This document shows, piece by piece, positions 51,664-64,000 of a DNA stretch of 64,000 bases; position 1 is the first letter of the stretch; every line of letters begins with the position of its first letter. The stretch spans positions 44,451,353-44,515,352 of the forward strand of contig JARDVH010000163.1 in assembly GCA_030324005.1 (NCBI GenBank), written 5' to 3'. The DNA is from Negaprion brevirostris. Taxonomy: Eukaryota. The position numbers and the translations under genes are program-made. The notes below the pieces were generated by a model. The model did no database searches, was not told where the DNA came from, and was given only the letters and a program-made list of their open reading frames with translations.

Positions 51664-54394
51664 TTTTTGTTCAATGATGAGAGAATGCCAAGGAAATTTT
51701 GAAAAAACATTCATTCAAATCATTCCTGCAATTGCTGGAGCTGAGCTCAAAGATCAGCCTATTCAGTGTCCAATGCTACACCACATCAGAATGTTTACCA
51801 TTCACAATTGGAATTCTGAATGATTTATTTAATGTTGTTAAGCCACACTCCATTCATTTATTTATTAATGTTCCACAGTTAAGCCATCACAAGTACAGAA
51901 CAATCAGCAGTGTGCTGTTTTTGAAATTGATAAAATTGATAAAAGTAGTCTGTTGGAAAAGAGGGACGGATGCTTCAGGGTCAAAATGTCAGATAAAATG
52001 CTGATTGAATATGGAACCTGGTGCCAGGATACATGGAACTCCAAAATTAGACCAAGAAAGTGATGAATCTTCACTCATGAAATGTTGCCCTGAAATAACA
52101 CTGATTGACTTTTTGACATTGACACAAACCAAAAGCCCAATTCCTAGAATATTATTGTCCTCATGATTCTTGCCCATGCTTCTTTATGGATCCACTCAAT
52201 ATTAAACATTCTTTTCCCTTTGAAGAAATGTTTAATGGATCAAATTATCTGTAACCACACCATTAAGATTTCCTTAATTTCCAACTAAGTATGATCAAAT
52301 GTGAAACAAGTGTTTCTCTTTTCCTGGACCTTTTCTTCCTATTATTGTCAAATATATCTCTCTCCAATATGTTGAAACAGAACAATGCAAACTCTGTTTC
52401 TTATTGCAATAACAAAGTTTACAAATGCATTTTGATGTGGGTGACAACAAAACAGCAGGACAGTGTAACTGCCTTGAATGTTTGTGGTTTGCATTGCAGA
52501 TTTGTTTTTTGGACTTATTTTGGTGTGAATTATTTGGCAAAAGTTATCACAATTGCGACTTCCTTGAAAAAGAGTGAGAAATAAAAACTTTAGTCAAGGA
52601 GAAAAGCTTCAGGCAAATTTGTGGAAAATGCGTATTGTGTCAGTTGCTGTGGTTTTTGCCACTCTTTTGTAAGTACTCTTCATCTGTTTTGTTGCGAGAT
52701 TGTTGCCCCGTGGAAATAATCCCTATGTAATTGTGGGACCGTGCAACATCTGGTGGATCCAACATCTTCCTTACAAGTGACTGTCAACGTTGGTCAAAAG
52801 ATAAATGTACTCAAGCACGTAAGGCTGCGCAATTATAAAGATCGTGTTAGGAAGCGCAAGAAGAAGCAGTTATGCAAAGTTGCATGGGCCAATGGAAGTG
52901 AACTATGGTTAATATCAGGGGTGCGATACATAAAGCAAAGATACCCGGGGGATTGACACACTGCGGGCGATGCTGACATCTAGGACATCTTGTCGCATCA
53001 GCGCTGTTGTGTTTCACCATTTCTGTCACTGTCCTGATTGATTACTCTCAGTCCTTCACTATTATATCTCTGAGAAATTCACTTCATCCCCCACATTTTT
53101 TGTTTCTCTTGCGTCTATGGTGCAGATGGCATCAACCCACACATCTGCATTGTTCACAACCCACATAGCATTGCTGCTCATGTTCCCATTGGGGTCAGCA
53201 AGACTCCTTAAACTTTTCTGTTGTCCAAATTGGTGCACACAACTTGAAACTGTGGAATTAAAGTAACTGAGTTGCTCCCAACTTTTTGAAGTGTTTGGCA
53301 GTGACGATTTTTTCCCCCAATCCTTAAAAGATAAAATAATCCTTTACAGACCTCCATTTACAAGTTTAATCTTGCGAAACTACATGGAACCAGTACCCAG
53401 TATTACAGCAGAAGAATAATACAGCATAAGCCAAACCACTTAAGAGAAGTTGTGACTCCATCCAGAAAAATTGAAGTGTCTTTAGAACCAAACACATTAA
53501 AATGTGTTTTGGGGTAAGCCTATTCCTTTGATTACAAATGCTAAATACAGGGGTTATATTTCTGGAGCATAATGGCTTTTATGATCTGTCTTGTAACACT
53601 TGAAAAAACTGTGTCAGTAAAACCACACCAAACATTTCTTCCTGTTTACAATATAATTATAGTAAGTGAAAAAATTCACTTATGGTGCTGTGCCGCAGAG
53701 AAAGTTTGTCTTTGCCAAAAGATAATTCACATTTTCTTTGATTGTGCTGCTTACTTGTATATTTGTAGCTTTCTAATGTAGATTAATTTGTGTTTCTAGC
53801 AAGTTGCATGTTTTAGACAGAAGAACAAGCCTTGCAATAATAAAGTATTGTTGGATAATGCCATACTTCTCTGCAAAGCATATGTATAAAATTCTGCCCT
53901 TGTTAATTAAAAAATGAAAACAATAAGCTTTCCAAAAGCAGATTTATGGTAATGAGGGATGTGCTCGGCAATATCTAACTGCTGAAGATTAAACACAGAG
54001 TACTAACTAAATGAACAGGCAGAGTCAATATGCAGTGGTTTAAGAAATGTCACTGTACTTCAAAGTTTAATTGAATTGGAATTGAAGGGCAGCAGTCACA
54101 AGAGACAGAAGAAAAATTATGTGTATCTATCCGTGATTCTATTTGGTATTGATTTGTTCAGATTGTGATTTGAATGTGAAATCTTGGAGCGATGTTATGG
54201 TATTGCAAATACTGCTTTGTCTTTTGAAAACCACAGGAAAAAAGGCAGCCCAATCATTATCCCTTTTACTCGAGGTCTGAAGATATTTTTGATCAATAGA
54301 CTGCCAGTGTCTTGGGTCTCATGGAGTCAAGGACATTCCTAAATATAAGTGATTACATTGGTGTGGTAGATATGGAGATGTGCATTCTTTTGGA

Positions 54395-54993
54395 TCTCCA
54401 GATCTCTACACCCATGCTGACACTATAGTTAAGAAAGCCCACTAGTGCCTCTACTTTCTCAGAAGACTAAAGAAATTTGGCATGTCAGTCACGACTGTCA
54501 TCAACTTTTACAGAAGCTTCTTAGAAAGCAATCTTTCTGGCTGTACCACATCTTGGTATGTTTCCTGTCTGCCCAAGACCACGAGAAACTACAAGAGGTT
54601 GTGAATGTAGCCCAATCCATCAAGCAAATCAGCCTCCCATCCATTGACTCTGTCTACACTTCCCACTGCCTCTGCAAAGCAGCCAGCATAATTAAGGACC
54701 CCATGCACGCTGGACATTTTCTCTTCCACCTTCTTCCGTCAGGAAAAAGATGCAAAAGTCTGAAGTCACTTACCAACTGACTGAAAAACTTCTTCCCTGC
54801 TGCCGTCAGACTTTTGAATGGACCTACTTTGCATTAAGTTGATCTTTGTCTACACCCTAGTTATGACTGCAACACTACATTCTGCACTCTCGTTTCCTTC
54901 TCTATGAACGGTATGCTCTGTCTGTATAGTGTGCAAGAAACAATTATATTCACTGTATGCTAATACATGTGACAATAATAAATCAGATTAAAT
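54395..54993 (+). mobile_element. Rex1/Babar LINE 3' relic
   Basis: LYFLRRLKKFG-like sequence, SAQDHEKLQEVV...LPSIDSVYTSHCLCKAASIIKDP...LLPSGKR; tail TACATGTGACAATAATAAATC. Confidence 0.85.
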
Positions 54994-55985
54994 CTGCTAA
55001 GCACCTCTGACCTGGCAACATGCCATGTCATCCTGAGAAATCGGCATGCTTGCATTAGGTTGCAAAGAAGTTTCATGACTCAAGCATATTGATACATGAA
55101 ACTAGTTAAACATCAACATTGGTAATTATTGATTGGCTTCTGAATTGGAAAACATTTTAAAAATGTTTGATTGTACATTATTACATTGTCACTATTATAG
55201 ACAATATTATGGATGGGGTTTTCTTAGCCATACTTGCCCCAAAACCAGAAAATTCAGCCTGCGGTCAACAGAACTTTGCTTGGTCNNNNNNNNNNNNNNN
55301 NNCTGCTATGATTCCCAGGGTGGATGGGATGAGAAAACTCCCCCCAAAAGATTTTGGACACTTCATCCACGTGCAATGGAATAGGCTGTGCATGTATAAA
55401 TGGCCCATGCATCCATGTGATCTCTAGTGTACCTGAAAGAGATTGACAGAAGATTTGGTATCAGGAAGACATGCAGAGAATTGGCCTATTAGGATCATAT
55501 TGGCATTTAGCTGTAAACATAAAAAGATGTTAGTTTTATGAGCTGATGGATGGAGCAAGCAATACTCATGTTCTTTGTATGTGGCTCATGTTCTTGTGTT
55601 GGGACCAGTCCACAGTTCCTTGTCTCAGGCTATCTCACTGTGAAAGCCAGGCACCTCCCCCAGGATGAGCTGGTCTTACATTTACCACAGTAACCATGTC
55701 AGAGTGCCATTCTCAGAGGCTGAGAATAGCTACACAACCAAATGGTTGTGTCATACATGGAGATGAAGGCAGAAGATGGGAAATCATGGGNNNNNNNNNN
55801 AATGAGGTTTCTAAAAAGAAATTCAACTTTCTGTACTTCAGCCATTGTCTAATGCTGCTACAGTGGCAGCATTCCAGGACTCTATCCAGTGACACTATTC
55901 ATTTGAGAACATAGACAATGAGCATTGGCAGACTATTCAGCAATAGTCAAGCTTAATCTTGTCCTTATCTAACATCGACAAACAT

Positions 55986-56604
55986 GGAGCAGAATTTCAC
56001 ACCCTGGCTTAGCAGACTGGCGATGGGTGTAAAATCGGGTGTAGTACCACAGCACCATTCCCAGGATCTGCCAGTCTGCTCCTGACTCAAAGCAATTTTT
56101 GGTGAGGTGGCTTTGGCCCACCCAACCTTGAGCCAATTGAGACCTTGAAGTGGCAAGTTAGTGATCATTCGAATGCCTCTGCTAGCTCCTGCCACAATCC
56201 CTCCCATAGTGGGTGGAGGCCAGAGCTAATGTGAAGCTCATCAGTCTTACTCCTCAGGCTACTGGCAGGAAGGAAGGTGATTCCTCATTTATGGTGACAT
56301 CCTGAGGCCCATTTGTGGCCCCTGAGACAAGACCTGCCTATCCACAGGATTCCCCATCCTCTGACCCAGCAGTGGCTACTGCTCCTAGTGACACTGCTGG
56401 GATTGGAGAGTTGCTGACGTTTGGTTGACAGCTCCCAGAGGTGGGGCTTCCTCCTCCGATGAAGGGTAGGGGATTGGGGAGGGAGGTGGTGGTCTCATCC
56501 TGAACTGCCCTACCAAGCATTAAATAACTGTGTGGCTACCTGTCAGACTGAGAGTGTGCTCATCACCCATTGTTGCCAGGAGAAGGGCAACATCAAATCC
56601 TGCT
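55986..56604. mobile_element. GC-rich non-autonomous DNA element (Harbinger-like MITE family)
   Basis: GGAGCAGAATTTCACCC ... AAATCCTGC ends; smaller relative at ~55211-55345. Confidence 0.5.
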
Positions 56605-58744
56605 TATGAAATTTCCTACTTAAGTCAGTCCATAGTGATTTAAGAACAGATAATTTAGCTGAATTTTCTCTTCCTAACTCAGGTTCTGTAATCCAATTAT
56701 ACAGTTCCTACAGTAAGCTCAGCTGAAAAGACTTAGCTCAGCACAGAGCAGGCATTCAGCCTGAGACTGTACTCGTTTGCATGGCCTGGCCACTCACTGC
56801 ATAAGCTGGAAAAAGTGTTTGGCAAGAAAATATTTTCCTTATTACAATGTAGCCAGCACTGTGGGTTAGTAGATATGTTGAGGATGGGGTTCCTACCATC
56901 CAGTTTTACCTTTTTTTAGATGGTGCGAAATCAAGGTCAGTGCAGGGCAATGTATCAACAAAAAAGCTACTTGAAAGTGTTTTGTTTCTGCTGTTTATTT
57001 TCTTCTGTTTATCGCCTCCATTCATTCTCCGTGATGTGCCATTCCTGTCCAAGGTAGCAGGCAGATAATCTACTCTCATTCACCACTGATTCTTGTGTAT
57101 CAGCTGCTAAAGTTATGCGAAAATGCCCTGAGCCCATTTGATTTCCATTAATCCCTGTGAGAAGGTGCCTAACCTCCATTTAGCTCTTTCCTCAAACACT
57201 GCAGCTGGGGTCGGTAAACTAAATGTGTAAGAAATTGTACATTTATACTTCTTTCAACTGCTCCACACTCAAGACAATGGAATGCCAACACTTCGTTCCT
57301 TTATCTCAACGAAAGCAGAATTTCCATCAGCTATTTCAGATTACTTCTTGTTAAAGTCAGAGTAGAAGGCACCTGGCCCCATTGATGCAAAACAGAGTGC
57401 ATAAAAATGAAGGTGCTTTCTGAGAAAAAATATTGGTTGAATTATTTCATGTACATAATACACATACTAAATACACAATTTATTTGGAAATTTCCACCCA
57501 AAAGCATTTGACAGGAAGGCACATGGCTCTTAAGGGAACTCCCAGTGAAATTGCCATATCTATTGCTGTGAGCAGGGTCTTTGTGCACTGATTTACTCAA
57601 ACTATTACGAGTGTTAACGCAGGGATCCCCTCAATTTTAAACATCACCAGGATAGCTTTCTTAAACTCATTGGTAAACTGGTATAAGAAAGATTGCCTCT
57701 TTGTTTGTCTACCTGTGGGTCTTTCTCAGCTCTAGCTAAACTATTTAAACATATGGAGTTGGCCTCAATTGACTTTTATTTGTATGTGGAGACCTTATAA
57801 TGCAATAATACCCTTGCAATTTAAGTTGGACTAAAGGATACTTTAAAAATTAAAATCTTCTGCAAAGCTAGTAGTGGTCATATTGCTAATTTTTACCATG
57901 TGTTTATTATCTCCCTTGCAAAATGGTAACAATGATGGACAGTAGTCTTCACTCCAACATCTTCATGTCAATTATTGTTTTGTAATCTTTAGTAGCCCAT
58001 ATGCGTATCATATTTTGGACATATTCCTAAATCCCAGCTGTTTTGATGTTTACATTTATAGATCCAAATGGAGTTAGAAAGGAATTAAACTTAATGTTCC
58101 TTCAGGCTCTTTTCTATAGCTGCAAAAATGATTTGGTCCATGACATAGCAACATGAACATAATTGAACATGCTGCATTCCCCTACCAAGAGGAAGTAGCA
58201 AGATGTCCTTTGAAGACTAATAGATATGAAAATCCACCATCAGGAAAAGACCAGCTGGTCCATCAAGCCTGCCCCACACCATGACACCTGAAGCATAATA
58301 ACTAGATATTTCCTTACCTCCTGTAGCCATATAATCTCTTGGGGAAGAAAGGAAAAGTAGAGAAATACTAATAAAAATTCCTCTCCCACCACCTCAGGCA
58401 ACCAAAATCTCTCCAGGGTATACGTTACTTCCAAAATTACAGTCATGATAGTGGGTCAGAATTGTTCTGATGCCTACATATAGAAGAGTTTAAGATAAAT
58501 GTTTTGTCCTCTCTGCCTGGACAGTGATGTGATGGAGTAGCTCACCTGCCTGTCATACCTGCCTGATTTTAATTCCATTTTTTTGGGTGGTCCTGTCAGC
58601 CAGGTTACCATCAAGACAAAAGCAAGAAGTATCCCTTTCAATCCCTTTCAATGCATTCCAGAAAGATCATGCTTATGGCCTTGCTATGTATGAGTGATTT
58701 TCCCCACCCTGAGAAAAGAAGAAAGGGCCTTGCCAAAGTAAAAG

Positions 58745-59025
58745 TTTATTTATATATCAGTCACAAGTAAGGTTTACATTAACACTGCAATGAAGCTATT
58801 GTGAAATTCCCGCAGTCGCCACAGTCTGGCGCCTATTCAGGTCATTGCACATAACCAGCATATCTTTCAGACTGTGGGAGGAAACCGGGGCACTTGGAGG
58901 AAACCCACACAGACACAGGGAGAATGTACGAACTCCACACAGACAGTGGCCCAAGCTGGGAATTGAACCTGGGTCCCTGGCGCTGTGAAGCAGTAGTACT
59001 ATCCACTTTGCCACTGTGCTGCCCC
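58745..59025 (-). mobile_element. V-SINE (Rex-like tail type)
   Basis: Same head and tail as the copies at 50750 and 51385. Confidence 0.85.
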
Positions 59026-60734
59026 ATTAATAATTATTAATAATTTGAATGGGGTTAAGCAGAATACTTTGCACAAACTCAAATTGGCATTCAGATATGC
59101 AGAGCCAGAGGTCTGATTTTTTTTGTTTGCCCAACCAATTTCCATGTCCTTAAACACTTTGCATGCAACAATTCGAGGGTAGCCTTTTAAAAAGCACCAT
59201 AGCAACCAAAACACTTCTTAAAAATCAGAAAACTGAGGGCTTCGCTCATCATTAAAAAAAGACCTGAAAATGCATATTTGTTTTCCAGCTTGCTAAGTAA
59301 TGTGATTAAAATGTTGGAGGCACAGCAAAGGTGTCCCTATGCTCCCTGACAGCTGTCAGAGCTATTGAACAGCACCGTGCAGCTGAGGAAAGCTTTATTG
59401 GTAAACTGTTCCATTGTGTCATGGAGGCAATTTCTCTATTTCACCCAAGCATCTGTTGCCATATTTGTGGCCGTTTTTCTTTCAGCATTGACAGCAGCAA
59501 AGATTTTGTGACACAGGCAATAGTTTTTTTAAAATATAAATAAGAACATGTGGTCCATGATTTTTTTCCCCTCAGTTAAATGGCTGCTTTTGTCTGCGAG
59601 CAAATGAAGTAGAAAATACATTATTCAGTAGGTGTCTGCAGCTGAGAGTGGTTGGGATTTTTCCCTGTAGTATTACAGTCCTCAAACAACTCATTTCATA
59701 AGCAGGCGAAGGCCAGAGCGCCATTTTTTGATTTTCTTTTTCTGCAGTGAAACACATTTTAATCCAACTTTTATTTACCTGCTTGATATNNNNNNNNNNG
59801 GAATGCCTGATTTTAGAGCCAAGGTAAGATTGAGCAAGCGCATTTTTTCCATGGCTTTGGTTGTTAAAAGTTATGCCTTAAGAGAGGTTAACTATGATTC
59901 AGAATGATCATGTTTCTTGAACTGAAGACTTTGAAATGAAGTTTTGATTTTATAAGTGAATGCAACCGATATTTTCCACACAATACAGTTCAGCGAACAG
60001 TAATGTACCGAATGGCAAATTAACCTGTTTTCAGTAGAAACAATGTCGATTGGAGCTCCCGATGAACAGTGCCATAGAATCCTGAATATCCACTTGAAAT
60101 GGCACATCGGCCCTTGACTTAATCTTGAATCTGAATGTTGGCACCTCAAACAATGCAACAATCTCTCAAATTGGATGCAATGATAAAGGAACACTCGGAT
60201 CTGCAAAATCGAATGGGGGAGAAACAGCTGAAATCAATAAAAAGGAGCTTGACGGATCTGCAAGTAATTTTAAATTATTTAATGATGCTTTGTAGGTGAA
60301 CTTTCTTCAGGCTTCTCCTGCTCTAGGGCCAAAGTCCTGTTTACGCATGCAAACTTGATTTCCACCAAACTTCTGTCAAAGTTTTAACCAGCGCAGCAGG
60401 AAAATCCCTGAGGAAATTTGCCTCTTTTTTCTCTTACACTGTGGCCATTTTTGCCACAGTTTGTACTGACTGGATATGATTTTCGTTGGCATTACTTTAA
60501 TGGCTTCGTTTTTGGGATACGTTAACATGTCTAATTTTAAATCCCTGGCAGACGCATCAGTGATTCTTTAAGGTTGCTTAAGTTCTCTTGTCCTTCGGCA
60601 GGCCCTCATGATCAAGGAGGATGCTTCCAATCCAACTCGATGGGTTCTGAGATGCCTGTTAAGTCCAACGTGAAGTCTGCAGACTCTGCCACAGGCAAGT
60701 TTGGAGGGTTGGGAAGATGAGGTTTGGAGGTTTG

Positions 60735-61220
60735 TGCGTTTTTACAGATGCACCATAGAAAACATTCTTCCTGTATGACTTCTGCTCTGCCCAAGACCGC
60801 AAGAAACTACAAAAGGTTATGAATGTAGTCCAATTCATCACACAAACCAGCCTCCCATCCATTGACCCTGTCTACACTTACTGCTACCTCAGCAAAGCAG
60901 CCAACATAAGTAAGGACCTCACGCACCCACTCTTCCACCTTCTTTCATCAGGAAAAAGATACATAAGTCTCAGGTCACGTAGCAACTGACTCAAGAACAG
61001 CTTCTTCCCTGCTGCCATCAGATTTTTGAATAGATCCACCTCGCATTCTCTATACCCTAGCTATGATTATAACACTACGTTCTGCACATTCTAATTTTCT
61101 TTTCTATGTACAATATGCTTTGTCAATATAGTGTGCAAGAAACAATACTTTTCATTGTATATTAATATTAATGTATACATATTTATACAATGCATGTAAC
61201 GATAATAAATCAAATCAGAT
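60735..61220 (+). mobile_element. Rex1/Babar LINE 3' relic (flanked by other LINE-like fragments)
   Basis: CTGCCCAAGACCGCAAGAAACTACAAAAGG...CCTCCCATCCATTGAC, similar to the copy at 54395-54993. Confidence 0.85.
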
Positions 61221-61574
61221 CTCTCCAACTTCAGTTTTGCATGTTCCTGACAAAGTTCTTGATGTGCTCAGTGATAAGCCAGGGCTCCCACGGATCAGCA
61301 GAAATGCTTGACCTCTTCAAGGCTGCTTTGAATGATCTCAACTGTTCTCCTGGGAGTCTTCTGCTATGACCAAGTTCTGAGTAGAACAGTTGCTTCAGAG
61401 TTGTAGCATGGTTTTTCACCCAGGAAGAGGCAACACATACATTCACTGCGCAGAAAATCCTAAAAGAAATAGGAGAGACAGTCCCTACCACTCTTCATGG
61501 CCCTTTTTGAACTCTCTATCTCATAGCCTTGCACAGCTATCATACCCCTTTCGGTAAAGATAATTATTTAAAGT

Positions 61575-61716
61575 AAAGCCAAAATACTGTGGAGACCAGA
61601 ATCTGAAACAAAAGACAGGAAATGCTGATGAAGGGTCATTCTGGCTCAAAACGTTGGCTCTATTCTCTCTCCACAGATGCTGTCAGATCTGCTGAGATTT
61701 TCCAGTATTTTCAGAT
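61575..61716. mobile_element. Penelope terminal relic with inverted ends
   Basis: AATCTGAAACAAAAGACAGGAAATGCTG followed by CTGATGAAGGGTCA...CAGATGCTGTCAGATCTGCTGAGATTTTCCAG. Confidence 0.7.
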
Positions 61717-62199
61717 AATTATTTAAAGTGTGTTTATACCTCTGCAATCCCCATGATTGACACTATGAAAAGTAAAATTCAAAGCAGTGAATAAATGGCC
61801 CTGACTGGTCCCTTTTGTTGCTTGTTTGGAATAATGCTTAAGTTTCAAATTTAATTGACGGTATGGAAAGTAATTTTTTTCTTAAAGGAGATACTGGCTG
61901 CCCTTCAGCATTTTGTCTAACTGGCTATTCTTTTTAATGGAACCTAGACATTCTCAGCAGACTAGATGTTTGTGGAAATATCACAGCCAAGTTTGAACAT
62001 GTTCTCATCCAATGTCAGCCCCATCCCCAACACATTTTTCAACAGGAGTCATCAGGTTTGGAATCGTGCCTTATTTATGCACCTTCTGGGGCTAAAGGTA
62101 TTGAATATCTGACAGACCTCACTGATGGTGTGTAAATCTTGATGAAGAGTGTTGGCATTTTCTTGCTGTGGCCCAGTTGGTAGCTTTTGTGTCTGAGTT

Positions 62200-62690
62200 A
62201 GAAAGTTTTGTGTTTTAGTCCGACTTGAACACATAGATCTAGTGTGACACTATAGTGTAATATTGAGGGAATATTGCCCTGTTGGAAATGTTATTTTTTA
62301 GATGAGACATTAAACCAAGGCCACATCTCCCATCTCATGGGAATGCAAAGGACCTCATGACATTATACAGAGGAAAACAGACATGTTNNNNNNNNNNNNN
62401 NNNNNNNNNNNNNNNNNNNNNNNNNNNNNNNNNNNNNNNNNNNNNNNNNNNNNNNNNNNNNNNNNNNNNNNNNNNNNNNNNNNNNNNATGCAAAGGACCT
62501 CATGACATTAGACAGAGGAAAACAGACATGTTTTCAGTTGAGTTCCAGCCAATATTTATTCCCTGAATCAACATTACTCAGCAAATTATCTGGTTTTTAC
62601 ATAATTCTGTGTAGGAGCTTGCTGTGTGTAATATTTCCTACATTCCAACAGTGACTACACTTTTAAAAAGTAATTATTGGTTGTGGTAAA
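62200..62690 (+). mobile_element. SacSINE1-like DeuSINE
   Basis: Deu-domain-like GATGAGACATTAAACCAAGGCC...AAAGGACCTCATGACATTAT, then CTTGCTGTGTG...ACAGTGACTACAC. Confidence 0.65.
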
Positions 62691-62694
62691 GTTA

Positions 62695-63150
62695 AGGTCA
62701 TCCAAAATTCTGCTGCCCACTTCCTTAGTCGTACCAAGTCTCATTTACCATCAGCTTATTGCTCACTGACCTACAACATTTGCCTCAATTTTAGGACTCC
62801 CATCCTTGTTTCTAAATCCCTCCATGTCTCTGTCTCTGTAATCAGCACCACAATGCTCAGCAATATTTGTGCTGCTCTAATTCTGGCCCCTTGATTTAAT
62901 TGTTCCATTACTGGTGGCTGTGTCTTCAACTACCAAGACCCTAAGCTTTGCAATTTCCTCCCTAAAACTTTATGACTCTCTCTCTCTTTCCTTCTTTAAG
63001 ATCCTCCTTAAGTCTTTAAGCAAGCTTTTGGCCATCTGCACTAATATCACCTTATGTGGTTTGGTGTCAAATGTGGCTTTCTAACATTTGGTAACTTTTG
63101 AGATATTTATTATATTAAAGTTATTATTATAAATGCAAATAGTTGTTGAT
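62695..63150 (+). mobile_element. L2 LINE 3' relic
   Basis: IQNSAA-like CATCCAAAATTCTGCTGCCC and tail TTATAAATGCAAATAGTTGTTG. Confidence 0.75.
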
Positions 63151-64000
63151 TTTGAAAGGTGCCAAATACATGCAACTCTTGCTTTTTGAACTGTCACATC
63201 AACAGTTACCTCATAGCAATCAGGAGTATGAAGTCTAAGCAATTTTCAAATCCTGAATCCAAGGGCAATGATGGAATTCCCACACTCTTACTGCTGCCCC
63301 AGCAGATATCAGGCAATGCACACAAACCAAAGATCAAAACCAGGACACTCCTGATCCGCACAGCTCAGCAACTTACTAAAGAGTTTTTGAGACACTCATT
63401 CCCAACTCTTAATTGGAAATCATCAAAATGAAACTGATTTTTTCCAAATGTGCTGTCCAGGAGAGAATTATTAGATTTGAGACCTGAAATCTCTCAACAG
63501 ATAAATAATATTTTGAATGATAAACCAATCTTGGCAATGTCACAGCACTGAAAATGAATGTGCTGTGTTCAGGACCAGGAAGCTGGAAAATAAGTAATTA
63601 AGCAAGAAATCATTATCAAAATCCCATACAGGCAATCAATAGCTGCAACTGATCACCTATTTCTCAAATATAGTAGCTATGCTGTAGTGGTCTGCTTTGT
63701 AAGCAATATCAATTGGAATTTAGCGCTATAGCAGTCATTCTTCATTGTGCCAGTTACCAGTATCAGTACCATAATGCACAAGGTAAGATCAATTTTTAAA
63801 ATGCCAGTGCTGCTATTTATTGTTTTTAGAAAGAAGAATGCCTTCGGCCACCAGGTACTTTGCAATAGTGATTTAATCTTGTTGGGAAGTAGTCAAGTAT
63901 ACATCATAAAATCTAATGTATTTATCATGCCAGGGTACAAAGTTGTAAAAGTGACATGCTGTCAAAATTGCAAGAAAGTTTCACATCCAAAACTGCAGAT

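Noticed and set aside
62343-62532. ~45-bp direct repeat flanking a 100-N gap
   Set aside because: Near-identical sequence on both sides of a gap is typical of unmerged contig overlap.

Overview
Vertebrate nuclear DNA, almost certainly from a cartilaginous fish (shark-type HE1/V-SINEs, SacSINE1/Deu-type SINEs, CR1, L2, Rex1/Babar, Penelope and Harbinger relics), in a gappy draft assembly. The only protein-coding gene I can support is EPHA4 on the minus strand. Coding exon 1 is 42176-42086 (signal peptide), exon 2 is 40151-40084, and exon 3 is 36540-35903 (ligand-binding domain plus start of the cysteine-rich region, broken by a 10-N gap). All splice sites are canonical GT-AG with consistent phases. 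Positions 1-35902 belong to the long intron 3; exon 4 was not found in the window. Positions ~42300-64000 are gene-free upstream DNA. Beyond the gene, the notable signals are: a compact GC-box/CRE/PBX-PREP promoter next to a 42-bp minisatellite; a CTCF-like site ~2 kb upstream; TALE (MEIS/PBX) motif clusters in repeat-poor blocks; several degenerate hammerhead-ribozyme cores in Penelope termini; one SINE head carrying two different LINE tails; an internally deleted Tigger/pogo element; and Harbinger relics with their MITEs. I found no convincing novel protein-coding system. The other ORF calls are chance ORFs, TE fragments or N-run artefacts. Repeat boundaries are approximate and family names come from recalled consensus features, not a database search.
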